From Rhizobium sp. (lineage in GTDB: Bacteria > Pseudomonadota > Alphaproteobacteria > Rhizobiales > Rhizobiaceae), in NCBI RefSeq assembly GCF_036383055.1, contig NZ_DASVPC010000195.1: 64,000 bases of DNA. One strand, given 5' to 3'. How positions within the stretch are numbered: position 1 is the stretch's first letter; every line of letters starts with the position of its first letter. The notes beneath the pieces were generated by a model. The model worked only from the letters and a program-made list of their open reading frames with translations. It searched no databases and was not told where the DNA came from. Made by a program: the position numbers and the translations under genes. Positions 28,899-39,814 of this stretch are shown one piece after another.

Positions 28899-29465
28899 CT
28901 ATCCGCGCGTCGGCATCATCCGCGCAAGCACACGGTCGCGCAGCACATAATGGTGCACGAGGGCGACGACGGCATGTATGCCGGCGATGACGATGATCGC
29001 CCAGGCGGTGGCACTGTGCAACTCGCTGAACAGGCGGCGCATTGCCGGATCGACGATGACAAAGGGCGGGATGGAAAAGAGACCGAAGAATTCCGGATCA
29101 CTCGCAGACGCCCAGCGCATCAGGAACCCATAGAACACCTGCGAGATCATCAGCGCATAGAGAACAAGGTGCACAAGGGACGAGGCCACATGCTGAAGCC
29201 CGGAAACAGCAGGCGCCATGCGCCGATGCGTCAAGAGCCGCCAGACGATGCGCAGGACAAGGACGACAGCAAGCAGGATGCCGAGCGAGACATGCAGCGA
29301 AATCAGCCCTAGGCGCAGGGGCGTGCCGCGACCGGCAAAATCCCAGACCTGCGCCATCGCAAACAGTGTCAGCACGAGGAGTGCGGTCAGCCAGTGCAGC
29401 GCAATGGTGAAAGGGTCATAGCGGGTTGCGCGCTCATCGGCGGCAGTCCGATTGAAATTGCTCAT
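28899..29465 (-). CDS. Cytochrome b561 family protein
   Basis: RYDPFTIALHWLTALLVLTLF, four TM helices with conserved His residues, about 188 aa. Confidence 0.85.
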   Translation of the reverse strand: MSNFNRTAADERATRYDPFTIALHWLTALLVLTLFAMAQVWDFAGRGTPLRLGLISLHVSLGILLAVVLVLRIVWRLLTHRRMAPAVSGLQHVASSLVHLVLYALMISQVFYGFLMRWASASDPEFFGLFSIPPFVIVDPAMRRLFSELHSATAWAIIVIAGIHAVVALVHHYVLRDRVLARMMPTRG

Positions 29466-29702
29466 GATTTAAGATCTCCTTGGGAGGAACGAGCAGCAAA
29501 CAGCTGGAGCTTCCCTTCTATTCGACAGCCTCAAGGCGACGGGCGACATACGGCACCGCCTCGCCGACCCGACTATTGCAAAGCCTCCGCCTGATATTCA
29601 CATTGATCTGACATGCACCTGAATTGGCACGGCACGGCAAAGATTTGCGCTGACATGCGGCTCGGATATGCGCTAATTCAGATCGATTGTTCGAGGTAGA
29701 AT

Positions 29703-30989
<1,287 letters not shown>

Positions 30990-30996
30990 GCGCCGC

Positions 30997-31929
30997 CTAG
31001 CGGTCTCCTGACGAGGTAGCGACCGTCAACAGTAGCCCCTCATCGACCGAATAGGGCGGCGACCAGCCGGTGATCGCCACCGTCTCACCGATATCGACCT
31101 GCAACGAACCGAGAAGGCGCTGTGCCGCTGCGCGGCGCCCGAGCAGCGTCGCCAGCCCTTCCAACAGGCGCGGCGGGATCGGCAGCAGCAGGGCTTTCCG
31201 CCCCATTACCGCAGAAAGCTTGCCGATCAATTCGCCGATGGAAAGATCCGCCCCGTCGCTGATCAGGAACACCCGATTTCCGGCAGCGGGATGACGCGCC
31301 GAGAGCAGGATGAAATCGACGAGATTACCGACGAAGACCAGCGATCTGCGGTTGGTAACGAGGCCGAAGGGCCACGGAAACGGCCGCCCGGCCCATGTCA
31401 TCAGACTGGCGAAATTTGCCTTCACGCCCGGCCCGTAGACCAGCGGCGGGCGGATGACGACGATTTCCATGCCCGTCTCAGCACCTATGGCAAGGAGCGC
31501 CTCCTCCGCCTCGCGCTTCGACTGGCCGTAGGGATCCTCCGGATGCGGCATATCGGACGCCCTGAACGGACGACCTGGCACCGTCGCCTCGCCATTGACC
31601 TTGATCGAGCTCAGGAAGATGAAGCGCTTGACGCCGGCCCGGGCGGCCTGACGGGCCAGATTGACCGTGGCATCGACATTGACGGCGCGAAAGGCGGCGA
31701 GCGGATCGGACGAGGTATCGTTCATGACGTGGACGCGCGCCGCCAGATGCACGACGGTTTCGACGCCCGCAAGCGCTCTCACCCAATCGGTCGCGCCATC
31801 GAACGTACCCATGGCCACAAAACCCGGCTGCGGCGCGCGGCTGACCGGACGATAATCCATCTGCCGTCGGGAAAGCTCGGCGCAAAGCGCCTGCCCGACA
31901 AAACCTGTTGCACCCGTGACCAGGATCAT
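30997..31929 (-). CDS. SDR-family NAD-dependent sugar epimerase/dehydratase
   Basis: MILVTGATGFVGQAL Rossmann motif and YGQSK catalytic motif. Start set at MILV. Confidence 0.85.
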   Translation of the reverse strand: MILVTGATGFVGQALCAELSRRQMDYRPVSRAPQPGFVAMGTFDGATDWVRALAGVETVVHLAARVHVMNDTSSDPLAAFRAVNVDATVNLARQAARAGVKRFIFLSSIKVNGEATVPGRPFRASDMPHPEDPYGQSKREAEEALLAIGAETGMEIVVIRPPLVYGPGVKANFASLMTWAGRPFPWPFGLVTNRRSLVFVGNLVDFILLSARHPAAGNRVFLISDGADLSIGELIGKLSAVMGRKALLLPIPPRLLEGLATLLGRRAAAQRLLGSLQVDIGETVAITGWSPPYSVDEGLLLTVATSSGDR

Positions 31930-32072
31930 GCGCCCATCGTCCCTCAATGACGCCCATGCGTCCGCTCAGACCATGCTTCGCATATTACCTCCGTGACGAA
32001 CAAGGCATCCCGGAGGGACAGGCCCGGCAAAATTCGTGCCCGGAACGATTGTGCAGAAATGCCTGATATGAG

Positions 32073-32711
32073 ATGGACTGCGCAGAAACCATCACCGACG
32101 CTGTGAAACCAGCGCCGGTAAAACCATCAGAGACGATGCCCTACACGATCGCCAAGCGCCTGTTCGACTTCCTCGCCGCCTTTGCGGCTGTCGTCGTCTT
32201 TTCCATTCCGATCCTGATCGTCGCGGTCGCCGTGCGGCTGACCTCCCCCGGTCCCATTCTTTACTGGTCGGACCGGGTCGGCCGCCGAAATCAGATTTTC
32301 CGCATGCCGAAGTTTCGCAGCATGCGGACCGACACGCCCGCGGTCGCCACGCACCTCCTGAAGGATGCCGGCGCCTATCTGACGCCGATCGGCTCTTTCT
32401 TGCGCAAATCCAGCCTGGACGAACTGCCGCAGCTCTGGTGCATCCTGAAGGGCGAGATGAGCGTTGTCGGCCCTCGCCCGGCGCTCTTCAACCAGCATGA
32501 CCTGATTGCGCTACGCACCGAACGCGGCGTCGACGCCCTGCTGCCGGGCCTGACCGGCTGGGCGCAGGTTAATGGCCGCGATGAACTGCCGATCCCACAG
32601 AAAGTAGCTCTGGACGAGGACTATCTGCGCCGGCGCTCGTTTTTCTTCGATCTGAAGATCATCATCCTGACGGCCCTGAAAGTCGTTCGCAGCGATGGTG
32701 TGACCCATTAA
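32073..32711 (+). CDS. Initiating polyprenyl-phosphate sugar-phosphate transferase (bacterial sugar transferase family, PglC/WbaP C-terminal-like)
   Basis: KRLFDFLAA..., one TM helix, then [24 protein letters not shown] ... [21 protein letters not shown]. The start may be the internal MPYTIAK. Confidence 0.85.
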   Translation: MDCAETITDAVKPAPVKPSETMPYTIAKRLFDFLAAFAAVVVFSIPILIVAVAVRLTSPGPILYWSDRVGRRNQIFRMPKFRSMRTDTPAVATHLLKDAGAYLTPIGSFLRKSSLDELPQLWCILKGEMSVVGPRPALFNQHDLIALRTERGVDALLPGLTGWAQVNGRDELPIPQKVALDEDYLRRRSFFFDLKIIILTALKVVRSDGVTH

Positions 32712-32758
32712 CACCAACGTCGGGCAGAAATAAGCTCGGTGGATGCACGACCGCCGAA

Positions 32759-34237
32759 ATGCCGTATTCATGCCCCTTTACAGCCCTACTGGCTGTCGTG
32801 AATGCTCCGGCATACCAAACGAAGCGAACGTGGACGAAGGCGGAGATACCATTGGACGACTTGCGCGCGAAGAAACCGCATGCTGATCCCGCAGCCCGGG
32901 CTATTGCCGGCAGGATGACAACAGGCGTCATGACACGGCCCGTGGCGGTCTTCGGCAGCCTGCTCTGGATTCTCGCCGCATCCGCTACCCTTGTGGAAAG
33001 CGATGCCTACCGCTACGCGGTCGCCCTGCTCTCGTTGATCGCCCTCTATTACTATCTGAAAGCGCCGGTGCGGCCCCGCACCGATTGGATCGGCTGGCTG
33101 TGCATGGGCTGGGGTGCCTATGTCATGACCCGCTTCGGCATCACCTATTGGCTGACGCCCGAGCACGATATCGGCGCTTCCGACTGGCTTTATGCCTTCC
33201 CCTTCTTCTTCCCGATCCTCGGCGTCGCGGTCCTGCTCTACGAGCCGCTGCTCGAAAAGATCATCGCCGCCTATTTCGCCGCGGCCCTGATCATGCTGAT
33301 CGCCACGCAGCATTTCCGCGAGGTTTTCGCGGGCGAGACCGTCCGCCCGCTGATCATGAACAACCAGATCCACGGCGCCGTCGCCTGCGGCATGATCGTG
33401 ATCTTCACGCTGTTCTGGCTGCTGCACTATCTGACGGACAAGTCGAGCGACCGCAGGATCGCGCGCTTTGCCTATATCGTCTCGCCCTTCATCGTCGGGC
33501 TCTGTTTCATCGCAATCTATGGCGCCAAGTCGAAAGGCGTCTGGCTGGCGCTCAGCATCACCCTACCCCTGCTGGCACTGGTGGCTCTGAGCTATCTGCG
33601 CCTGAAGCTCGGCGCCATCGTCATCGCCATAGCCGCCGTTCTGCTCGTCGCCGGCGTCTACACCGTGCGCCACAATCTCGACAAGACGGCCGGCCCGACC
33701 GTGTCGGCGACCGTCGCCATGCTGGAAAGCGTCACCGGCGGCGGTGACCTGGGTGGCGCGGTGACAAGCACCATCGGTTCCACCAACACGCCGGTATCGA
33801 TGGACGAGCGGCTGCAGCTCTGGTCGAACAGCTGGGAAGTCTTCTCTTCCGCTCCGGTCTTCGGCTGGGGCAACCGCTGGCTGGAACGCTGGTATCAGAC
33901 GCGTTATTCGCATATCCAGTATACGCTGCTGCACAACGGCTATCTGGAAATCCTGGTGCGCTACGGCCTGTTCGGCGCCGCCATCATGGCCTTCATGCTC
34001 GCGATCTTCATCCGGGCGGTCTGGCGCGCCTATAGGGCCAGCATCATCCCCCGCGCCGCCTGGCACGCCTACGCCGTCTGCCTGTTCTTTTTCTCACTGA
34101 CGCTGCTCAGCAACTCCAACAACCGCCTGGCCATCGGCGAAAGCCTGGCCTTCGCCAGCTCCGCCTTTGCCTGCTGGTGTCACATGCGGCTGAAGGGGGA
34201 GTATTTGGCGGCGGCGAAGGGTATGACCAGCGTTTGA
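32759..34237 (+). CDS. O-antigen ligase-like (Wzy_C domain) membrane protein
   Basis: At least 10 TM helices and a periplasmic loop with ...WSNSWEVFSSAPVFGWG...HNGYLEILVRYGLFG. The true start is probably downstream (MTTGVM at 32915). Confidence 0.8.
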   Translation: MPYSCPFTALLAVVNAPAYQTKRTWTKAEIPLDDLRAKKPHADPAARAIAGRMTTGVMTRPVAVFGSLLWILAASATLVESDAYRYAVALLSLIALYYYLKAPVRPRTDWIGWLCMGWGAYVMTRFGITYWLTPEHDIGASDWLYAFPFFFPILGVAVLLYEPLLEKIIAAYFAAALIMLIATQHFREVFAGETVRPLIMNNQIHGAVACGMIVIFTLFWLLHYLTDKSSDRRIARFAYIVSPFIVGLCFIAIYGAKSKGVWLALSITLPLLALVALSYLRLKLGAIVIAIAAVLLVAGVYTVRHNLDKTAGPTVSATVAMLESVTGGGDLGGAVTSTIGSTNTPVSMDERLQLWSNSWEVFSSAPVFGWGNRWLERWYQTRYSHIQYTLLHNGYLEILVRYGLFGAAIMAFMLAIFIRAVWRAYRASIIPRAAWHAYAVCLFFFSLTLLSNSNNRLAIGESLAFASSAFACWCHMRLKGEYLAAAKGMTSV

Positions 34238-34486
34238 TCCGGCCCCGCGCCATTTCCAATTTTGAGGCGGCGCGGCAATATTGTCGATTTGGGCGCCATA
34301 GCAAAATCATTAGTTGTTCAATAGTAATACTACATCTAAAAAGTGCGCATCTACCTACTTGACTATGCAATTGATAGTACAGCATTTGGTCGGCGCTCAA
34401 GCAGCCAACGGTAGACACAACAAAAGCTGGAATAGTTACCTAGCTCGTTGTCAATTGCTCCGAGTGGATAAATGAAGGGTTAGTCG

Positions 34487-36844
34487 ATGCGCAACACCGA
34501 TCAGTTCGATGAAGAATACTATAAGTCGGGATTTGGCCCAGATGCCTATGAACGCACCGCGCCTTGGCTGAGCTTTTATGCCAATATTGTCGATGAAATT
34601 ATCCGTTCGCTCCAGCCGCGCCGAGTGCTCGATGCCGGATGCGCGCTGGGAATGGTTGTCGAAGCCTTTTGGGACCGTGGGATCGAGGCGGAAGGCGTAG
34701 ACATCTCCGAATATGCCATCGCGAACGTCCGTGCCGACATGCGCGAGCATTGCCAAGTCGCATCCCTGACCAAACCGTTTGAATCACGATACGACTTGGT
34801 CGTGTGCATAGAAGTTCTCGAGCACATGCCGGCGGAAGAAGCGGCTATCGCCATCAAGAACATCACGGCATCGACTGATACCGTATTATTCTCCTCTTCC
34901 CCCCGGGATTTCGAAGAGGTGACTCATGTCAATGTGCGCCCGCCCTTATCGTGGATGAAATTGTTTGGTCAGCACGGCCTATGGCCGGATTTGATCTACG
35001 ACGCCTCCTATCTGACGCCTCACGCCGTGCTCTTTCGCCGGGGCGAAGCCGTACCTGAAGATGCCTTGATTCTCATGAGCGAGCAGCTCCGGCTTCGCTT
35101 TCTTTTGGGTGAAGCAAGACAAGCGAAACTGGAAGCGGCCGCTCAAGTTACTCGCTCTCGAGACGAGGCCCATCTGGCCCAGCAACAGGCGCAGACAGCG
35201 TTCGATCGGGAGCTGGAAAGGACGCAGACGGCGCTGGACCAAACGCTGCAAAAGATGCGGATGCGAGAACAGGAGCTTGCCGCAGCACTGGAGAAGGCAG
35301 CGCGCGAAGGCATCACCCATACTCAGGAAACCATGAAACTGAGGGGGATTGCCGCCGATGCGCGTCAACAGGCGGCGATCGAGATCGAGGGAATGCGCAC
35401 GCGCGTTGCCGCTATCGAATCGAGCACCTTTTGGCGAGCCTCAAAACCCGCCCGCGCGTTCGCGGCCAATCTGCCCACACCAATCCGACGGCGCCTGCTG
35501 CGATTGGCCAGGGCCGGCTATTGGGCAGCAACGCCACATAGAATCCCAGCGCGAATTGCATTCTTAAGAGAACAGAAGAACAATCAGACACAGTCTCCGC
35601 TGAATTTGATCGACCTCCCTTATCAATCCACGGCTATAGTCAATACAACTGGTTTAGCCGCTAATATTCCGCCGGCGGCATCCACGCGCTCCATGATTCG
35701 CGAGCACTGTGCAAACTGGGGACCATTACCGGTCTTTAAAGATCGCTCATCGGCACCGACGCTTACAGTCCTGACGGACAGCGTGGACGCCAATCATCTT
35801 TTTGGAGGCGTGGGGACGGCACTCATAGTAGGTGCATTGGCAGCTCGCCGCCTGAACGCGCGACTACGTCTCGTTACGCGGCACGCCGCGCCAGATCCTG
35901 CAGCGCTTGGCGAAATCATACGGGCGCACGGGATAAAATTTGACGGACCGACCGACTTTGTTCATATGCCTGTCGGAGATGACACCCCTCTTCCCATTGG
36001 CAGCGAAGACACGATCCTGACGACCTCGTGGTGGGGTACGCGCGCTGCGCTTGGTGCAATCGATCCGGCACGCATCCTATATCTTCTGCAGGAAGACGAG
36101 CGGATGTTCTATCCGTTCGGCGATTCACGGCTGCGCTGCGCCGAAACCTTGTCCGATCCCAATCTGCACGTTTTGATAAATACGCGTATGCTATTTGATC
36201 ATTTGGCGGATGGTCCCGATTGCTTGCCATTGCTTCGGAAACGGGGATACTGGTTTGAGCCTGCTTTTCCGGCATTCTCAAAACCTAGCGTCGCAAAACC
36301 TCGCCCGGAAAAGAAGAACTTTTTCTTCTATGCGCGGCCAAACAACGACCGCAATCTCTATTGGCGTGGCCTCGAAGTCATCGACAAAGTGATGCGCGAA
36401 GGCTTGCTGCCGGCAAGTGAATGGAACATCCATTTTGTGGGCCGCGAACTGCCCGACATGGAGCTCCCCGGTGGGGTGCGCCCTCAGGTCTGGGCCAAGT
36501 TGCCCTGGTCGAAATATGCCGAATTGATGTCGGAGATGGATCTTGGTCTTTCGTTGATGGATACACCGCACCCATCCTACCCGCCCCTCGATCTTGCAGC
36601 TTCGGGTGCTGTTGTCGTCACCAATACGCATGGGCCCAAGACATCTATGGAACAGTGGTCCCGTAACATTCTTGCTGTACCATCAAGCGTCATTGCTCTT
36701 GCGGAAGCACTCCATCAAGGAGCCAAGCTGGCGGAAGACATGCAGCAACGCGTCGACAATTGTGCCGCGGACAACATCGCTCGCGATTGGGAAGCCACGC
36801 TCACGCCGGCTCTTGATTGGTTCTTGGCCAAAAGGAACTCGTAA
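34487..36844 (+). CDS. Three-part protein: class I SAM methyltransferase, long coiled coil, then a C-terminal WsaF-like (rhamnosyl)transferase domain
   Basis: N-terminal VLDAGCALGMVVE ... DLVVCIEVLEHM. Residues about 200-320 are heptad-like and Ala/Gln/Glu-rich. The C-terminal half begins LTVLTDSVDANHLFGGVGTAL. Confidence 0.75.
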   Translation: MRNTDQFDEEYYKSGFGPDAYERTAPWLSFYANIVDEIIRSLQPRRVLDAGCALGMVVEAFWDRGIEAEGVDISEYAIANVRADMREHCQVASLTKPFESRYDLVVCIEVLEHMPAEEAAIAIKNITASTDTVLFSSSPRDFEEVTHVNVRPPLSWMKLFGQHGLWPDLIYDASYLTPHAVLFRRGEAVPEDALILMSEQLRLRFLLGEARQAKLEAAAQVTRSRDEAHLAQQQAQTAFDRELERTQTALDQTLQKMRMREQELAAALEKAAREGITHTQETMKLRGIAADARQQAAIEIEGMRTRVAAIESSTFWRASKPARAFAANLPTPIRRRLLRLARAGYWAATPHRIPARIAFLREQKNNQTQSPLNLIDLPYQSTAIVNTTGLAANIPPAASTRSMIREHCANWGPLPVFKDRSSAPTLTVLTDSVDANHLFGGVGTALIVGALAARRLNARLRLVTRHAAPDPAALGEIIRAHGIKFDGPTDFVHMPVGDDTPLPIGSEDTILTTSWWGTRAALGAIDPARILYLLQEDERMFYPFGDSRLRCAETLSDPNLHVLINTRMLFDHLADGPDCLPLLRKRGYWFEPAFPAFSKPSVAKPRPEKKNFFFYARPNNDRNLYWRGLEVIDKVMREGLLPASEWNIHFVGRELPDMELPGGVRPQVWAKLPWSKYAELMSEMDLGLSLMDTPHPSYPPLDLAASGAVVVTNTHGPKTSMEQWSRNILAVPSSVIALAEALHQGAKLAEDMQQRVDNCAADNIARDWEATLTPALDWFLAKRNS

Positions 36845-38064
36845 ACTTGTACCTGAATATACCCTCGCCCGTACGATACGAAGATCCGTGGCTTTCAACC
36901 TACGATGACCGGCTGCAGCAGATGGTCGCTCAAAAGCAGCGTATCGCCTATTTTTACGAATACCCCGATACAAGTACGTTTCGGTACCGAGCATTCAACC
37001 CGGGCCTAACCTTAGCGGCAAATCCTGAATCCGGAGTCTCCGGTGCATGGTTCGATCGCCGTGACCTGGGCACTGATGATCGCTTCATCGACGAAGCCGA
37101 TGCATTGGTGATCTGCCGTGTTCGCTACAGCGCGGCCGTGGCTCGCATGATAGCCCGGGCCCGGGCTCGCGATATCCCTGTGCTCTTCGACTGCGATGAT
37201 CTTGTCTTCGATACCGAGCGCCTTCACCTGTTGGTCGATTCGCTCAATCAGGATCAGCGAAGTGAAGCCGTCTGGAATGATTGGTTTGCATCGATAGGCC
37301 GAATTGGTGCGGTGCTCCGCCTGTGTGACGGCTTGGTCACCACGAATGATTACCTTGCACAACGGGCCAAGGAATTCGACCCGCGACTTCGAACGACAAT
37401 CATGCCGAACTATCTGAATCGCGAGCAGCAGGAGCTGTCCGAGACTATCTACAATGCAAAGCGCGAGTCCGGCTGGCAGCGGGATGGTCGAATCCATATC
37501 GGATATTTCAGCGGATCACCGACACACACGCGCGATTTCGCCGTCGCGGCCCCGGCAATTTTCAGGCTTTTGGATAGCGATCCACGCATTGTGTTGCGTA
37601 TTGTGGGATTTGCCGAATTCGATCCGCGATTGAAGTATTACGGCGATCGCGTCGAGTTTCATCCGCTACAGGATTTCCTGAATCTTCAGAGGCTTATCGG
37701 CGAGGTTGAGATTAATATTTCGCCCCTGCAAGATAACCAGTTCACCAACTGCAAATCCGAGCTGAAGTTTTTCGAAGCTGCAATTTGCGGCACATTAACA
37801 CTTGCGACGCCGACCTTCTCCTTTCGAAATAGCATAACCCATGGTAAAACCGGATTTCTGGTACCATCCTACGGTTGGGATGATGCGCTACGGGATGCCG
37901 TATCGATCGTTGATAGCAAGACGCAATATGTCACTATCGCAGATAGTGCGTTTACATATGTGCAAACGGCCTATGGCTGGGATCGTCATGCGGCGACCAT
38001 ATCGCGCGCAGTTTTTGCTTCGGGGGGAGCTACAGATTGGCAAAGGGACGCTCAGACAGGTTAA
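36817..38064 (+). CDS. GT-B fold glycosyltransferase (GT1/GT4-like)
   Basis: C-terminal ..IHIGYFSGSPTHTRDF.., NCKSELKFFEAAICGTL and HGKTGFLV. The start is uncertain: TTG at 36817 or 36847, or ATG at 36922. Confidence 0.75.
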   Translation: MVLGQKELVNLYLNIPSPVRYEDPWLSTYDDRLQQMVAQKQRIAYFYEYPDTSTFRYRAFNPGLTLAANPESGVSGAWFDRRDLGTDDRFIDEADALVICRVRYSAAVARMIARARARDIPVLFDCDDLVFDTERLHLLVDSLNQDQRSEAVWNDWFASIGRIGAVLRLCDGLVTTNDYLAQRAKEFDPRLRTTIMPNYLNREQQELSETIYNAKRESGWQRDGRIHIGYFSGSPTHTRDFAVAAPAIFRLLDSDPRIVLRIVGFAEFDPRLKYYGDRVEFHPLQDFLNLQRLIGEVEINISPLQDNQFTNCKSELKFFEAAICGTLTLATPTFSFRNSITHGKTGFLVPSYGWDDALRDAVSIVDSKTQYVTIADSAFTYVQTAYGWDRHAATISRAVFASGGATDWQRDAQTG

Positions 38065-39035
38065 GATCCACGTTCAATGTCGCCGGGAAGGGTCTTGAGA
38101 TAGGCCCTTCACATAGTCCCCTTATGCCAAAGGCAGCCGGTTTCGATGTGGAAATACTCGACTACCTCGACGCCGAAGGCCTTCGTGAAAAATACGCAAG
38201 AGCCGGCCTTGATGTATCGGCTGTAGAAGAGGTCGACTTTATCGGCGACGGGCGATCGATGACCGAAGTGATCGGCACTCACGCCCGCTACGACTGGATT
38301 GTCGCTTCCCACGTTATCGAACATGTTCCAGACCTTGTGTCGTTCTTAACCGACTGCGAAGCCTTGCTCAAACCAGGTGGATCACTGGTTCTAGCCGTGC
38401 CCGACAAGCGCTGCTGCTTTGACATACTTCGTCCGATATCCACCGTGGGCCAGGTTCTGCAAGCGCATGTGGATGGCAGAAAAAGGCCATCGCCGGGTAT
38501 AGTTTTCGATGACGTCGCATACGCCCGCAAGAGGGATGGCCATATCGGTTGGAGCTTGGCTGATCGTGGCGAGCTTAAAGAAGTCCGGCCAGCTAAAGAT
38601 GCCTGGACTTTGTTCGAACAAGCCCGCAGAAGCGATGCGTACATCGATATGCATTGCTGGGTCTTCGTTCCCTCCTCATTCCGCTTGATCGTCGATGCCC
38701 TAGCCACCTTCGGATTGATTGGTCTTCGCGAACTCAGTTTCCAAGTCAATGACGGCGAGTTCTTTGTCGTACTTTCAACCAGCGCGCCTTTGACCACGCT
38801 TGATATTGGAGCGCTGGCTTTGGCAGCCGTCGCGGAAGAGCGCGAAGCATTGGTCTTGGCCGAAACCGAAAGTCTCCGCAGGGATCTTGAAGCGACGCGC
38901 GCGGAACTTTCTGCCGCATTGCAACGCCAAGCAACCGAAGCTCAGCGTATAGCCGACATAACGGCATCAACCTCGTGGCGATTGACCGCGCCGCTTAGGG
39001 CCGCCAAAAACCTCGTAGCAAAGACATTTCACTGA
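38037..39035 (+). CDS. Class I SAM-dependent methyltransferase with C-terminal coiled coil
   Basis: GLEIGPSHSP, IVASHVIEHVPDL and LKPGGSLVLAVPD. A C-terminal helical tail ends ...STSWRLTAPLRAAKN. The TTG start is needed to include motif I. Confidence 0.8.
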   Translation: MAKGRSDRLRSTFNVAGKGLEIGPSHSPLMPKAAGFDVEILDYLDAEGLREKYARAGLDVSAVEEVDFIGDGRSMTEVIGTHARYDWIVASHVIEHVPDLVSFLTDCEALLKPGGSLVLAVPDKRCCFDILRPISTVGQVLQAHVDGRKRPSPGIVFDDVAYARKRDGHIGWSLADRGELKEVRPAKDAWTLFEQARRSDAYIDMHCWVFVPSSFRLIVDALATFGLIGLRELSFQVNDGEFFVVLSTSAPLTTLDIGALALAAVAEEREALVLAETESLRRDLEATRAELSAALQRQATEAQRIADITASTSWRLTAPLRAAKNLVAKTFH

Positions 39036-39042
39036 CCTTGCC

Positions 39043-39789
39043 TCAGTGCGAGCCGAAATAAGCCTCCGCAACGACTTCCGGCTTGTCATCCATACGGATG
39101 GTACCATGGTCGAGCCAGATGAGGCGGTTGCAGTTTTCCAGCAGCAGATCCCTGGAATGGCTTGCAATGATCAATATTTTGGTTTGATTGACGAGCTCGT
39201 GCAGCCGCTTGTTGGCCTTTTCCTTGAAGCCCTCATCGCCGGTCGCGAGCCATTCGTCCATGATCAGGATTTCCGGTTGGATCACCGTCGAAATCGAGAA
39301 GGCAAGCCGCAACTGCATGCCCGTCGAATAGGTCCGGACCGGCATGTCCAGAAAGTCCCCGAGTTCGGAAAACTCCTCGATCTCTTCCTGGCGAGCGCGC
39401 AACTGGCCCTTGGAGAGTCCGAGAAGCGCACCGCGAATCTTGATATTCTGACGGCCGGTGGCTTCAGGATCAATTCCCAGCGAGATATTGATCAACGAGG
39501 TGCATTTTCCAACAATCGAGGTCTTCCCCGCGGACGGACGGTAGACGCCGCTCATGACGCGCAGGAGTGTCGTCTTACCGGAACCATTGTGGCCGACAAG
39601 GCCGAGACGATCGCCATCGCTAAGACTGATGTTAACGTTCTCCAGTCCGCGGATGATCACATGCCCTTCCGAATCCGATTCAATCCGGCCGCCCGTCGCA
39701 ATATTGAGAACGCGGTTCTTCAGTGAACGGCTGCGGGCATTGAACACCGGGAAGTCGACAACGACGTTGTCCAGATTGATACTTGCCAT
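39043..39789 (-). CDS. wzt: Polysaccharide (O-antigen) ABC exporter ATP-binding protein, short form
   Basis: GHNGSGKTTLL, YSTGMQLRLAFSI and ILIMDEWLATGD. About 248 aa, with no C-terminal extension. Start set at MASINL. Confidence 0.85.
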   Translation of the reverse strand: MASINLDNVVVDFPVFNARSRSLKNRVLNIATGGRIESDSEGHVIIRGLENVNISLSDGDRLGLVGHNGSGKTTLLRVMSGVYRPSAGKTSIVGKCTSLINISLGIDPEATGRQNIKIRGALLGLSKGQLRARQEEIEEFSELGDFLDMPVRTYSTGMQLRLAFSISTVIQPEILIMDEWLATGDEGFKEKANKRLHELVNQTKILIIASHSRDLLLENCNRLIWLDHGTIRMDDKPEVVAEAYFGSH

Positions 39790-39814
39790 TTCAAATACTT
39801 TCGATGTCGATAAC

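Noticed and set aside
34407-34414. AACGGTAG, resembling the ops/JUMPStart element (GGCGGTAG), upstream of the glycosyltransferase/methyltransferase operon
   Set aside because: It is not an exact match. The ops/RfaH paradigm is enterobacterial, and there is no supporting context.
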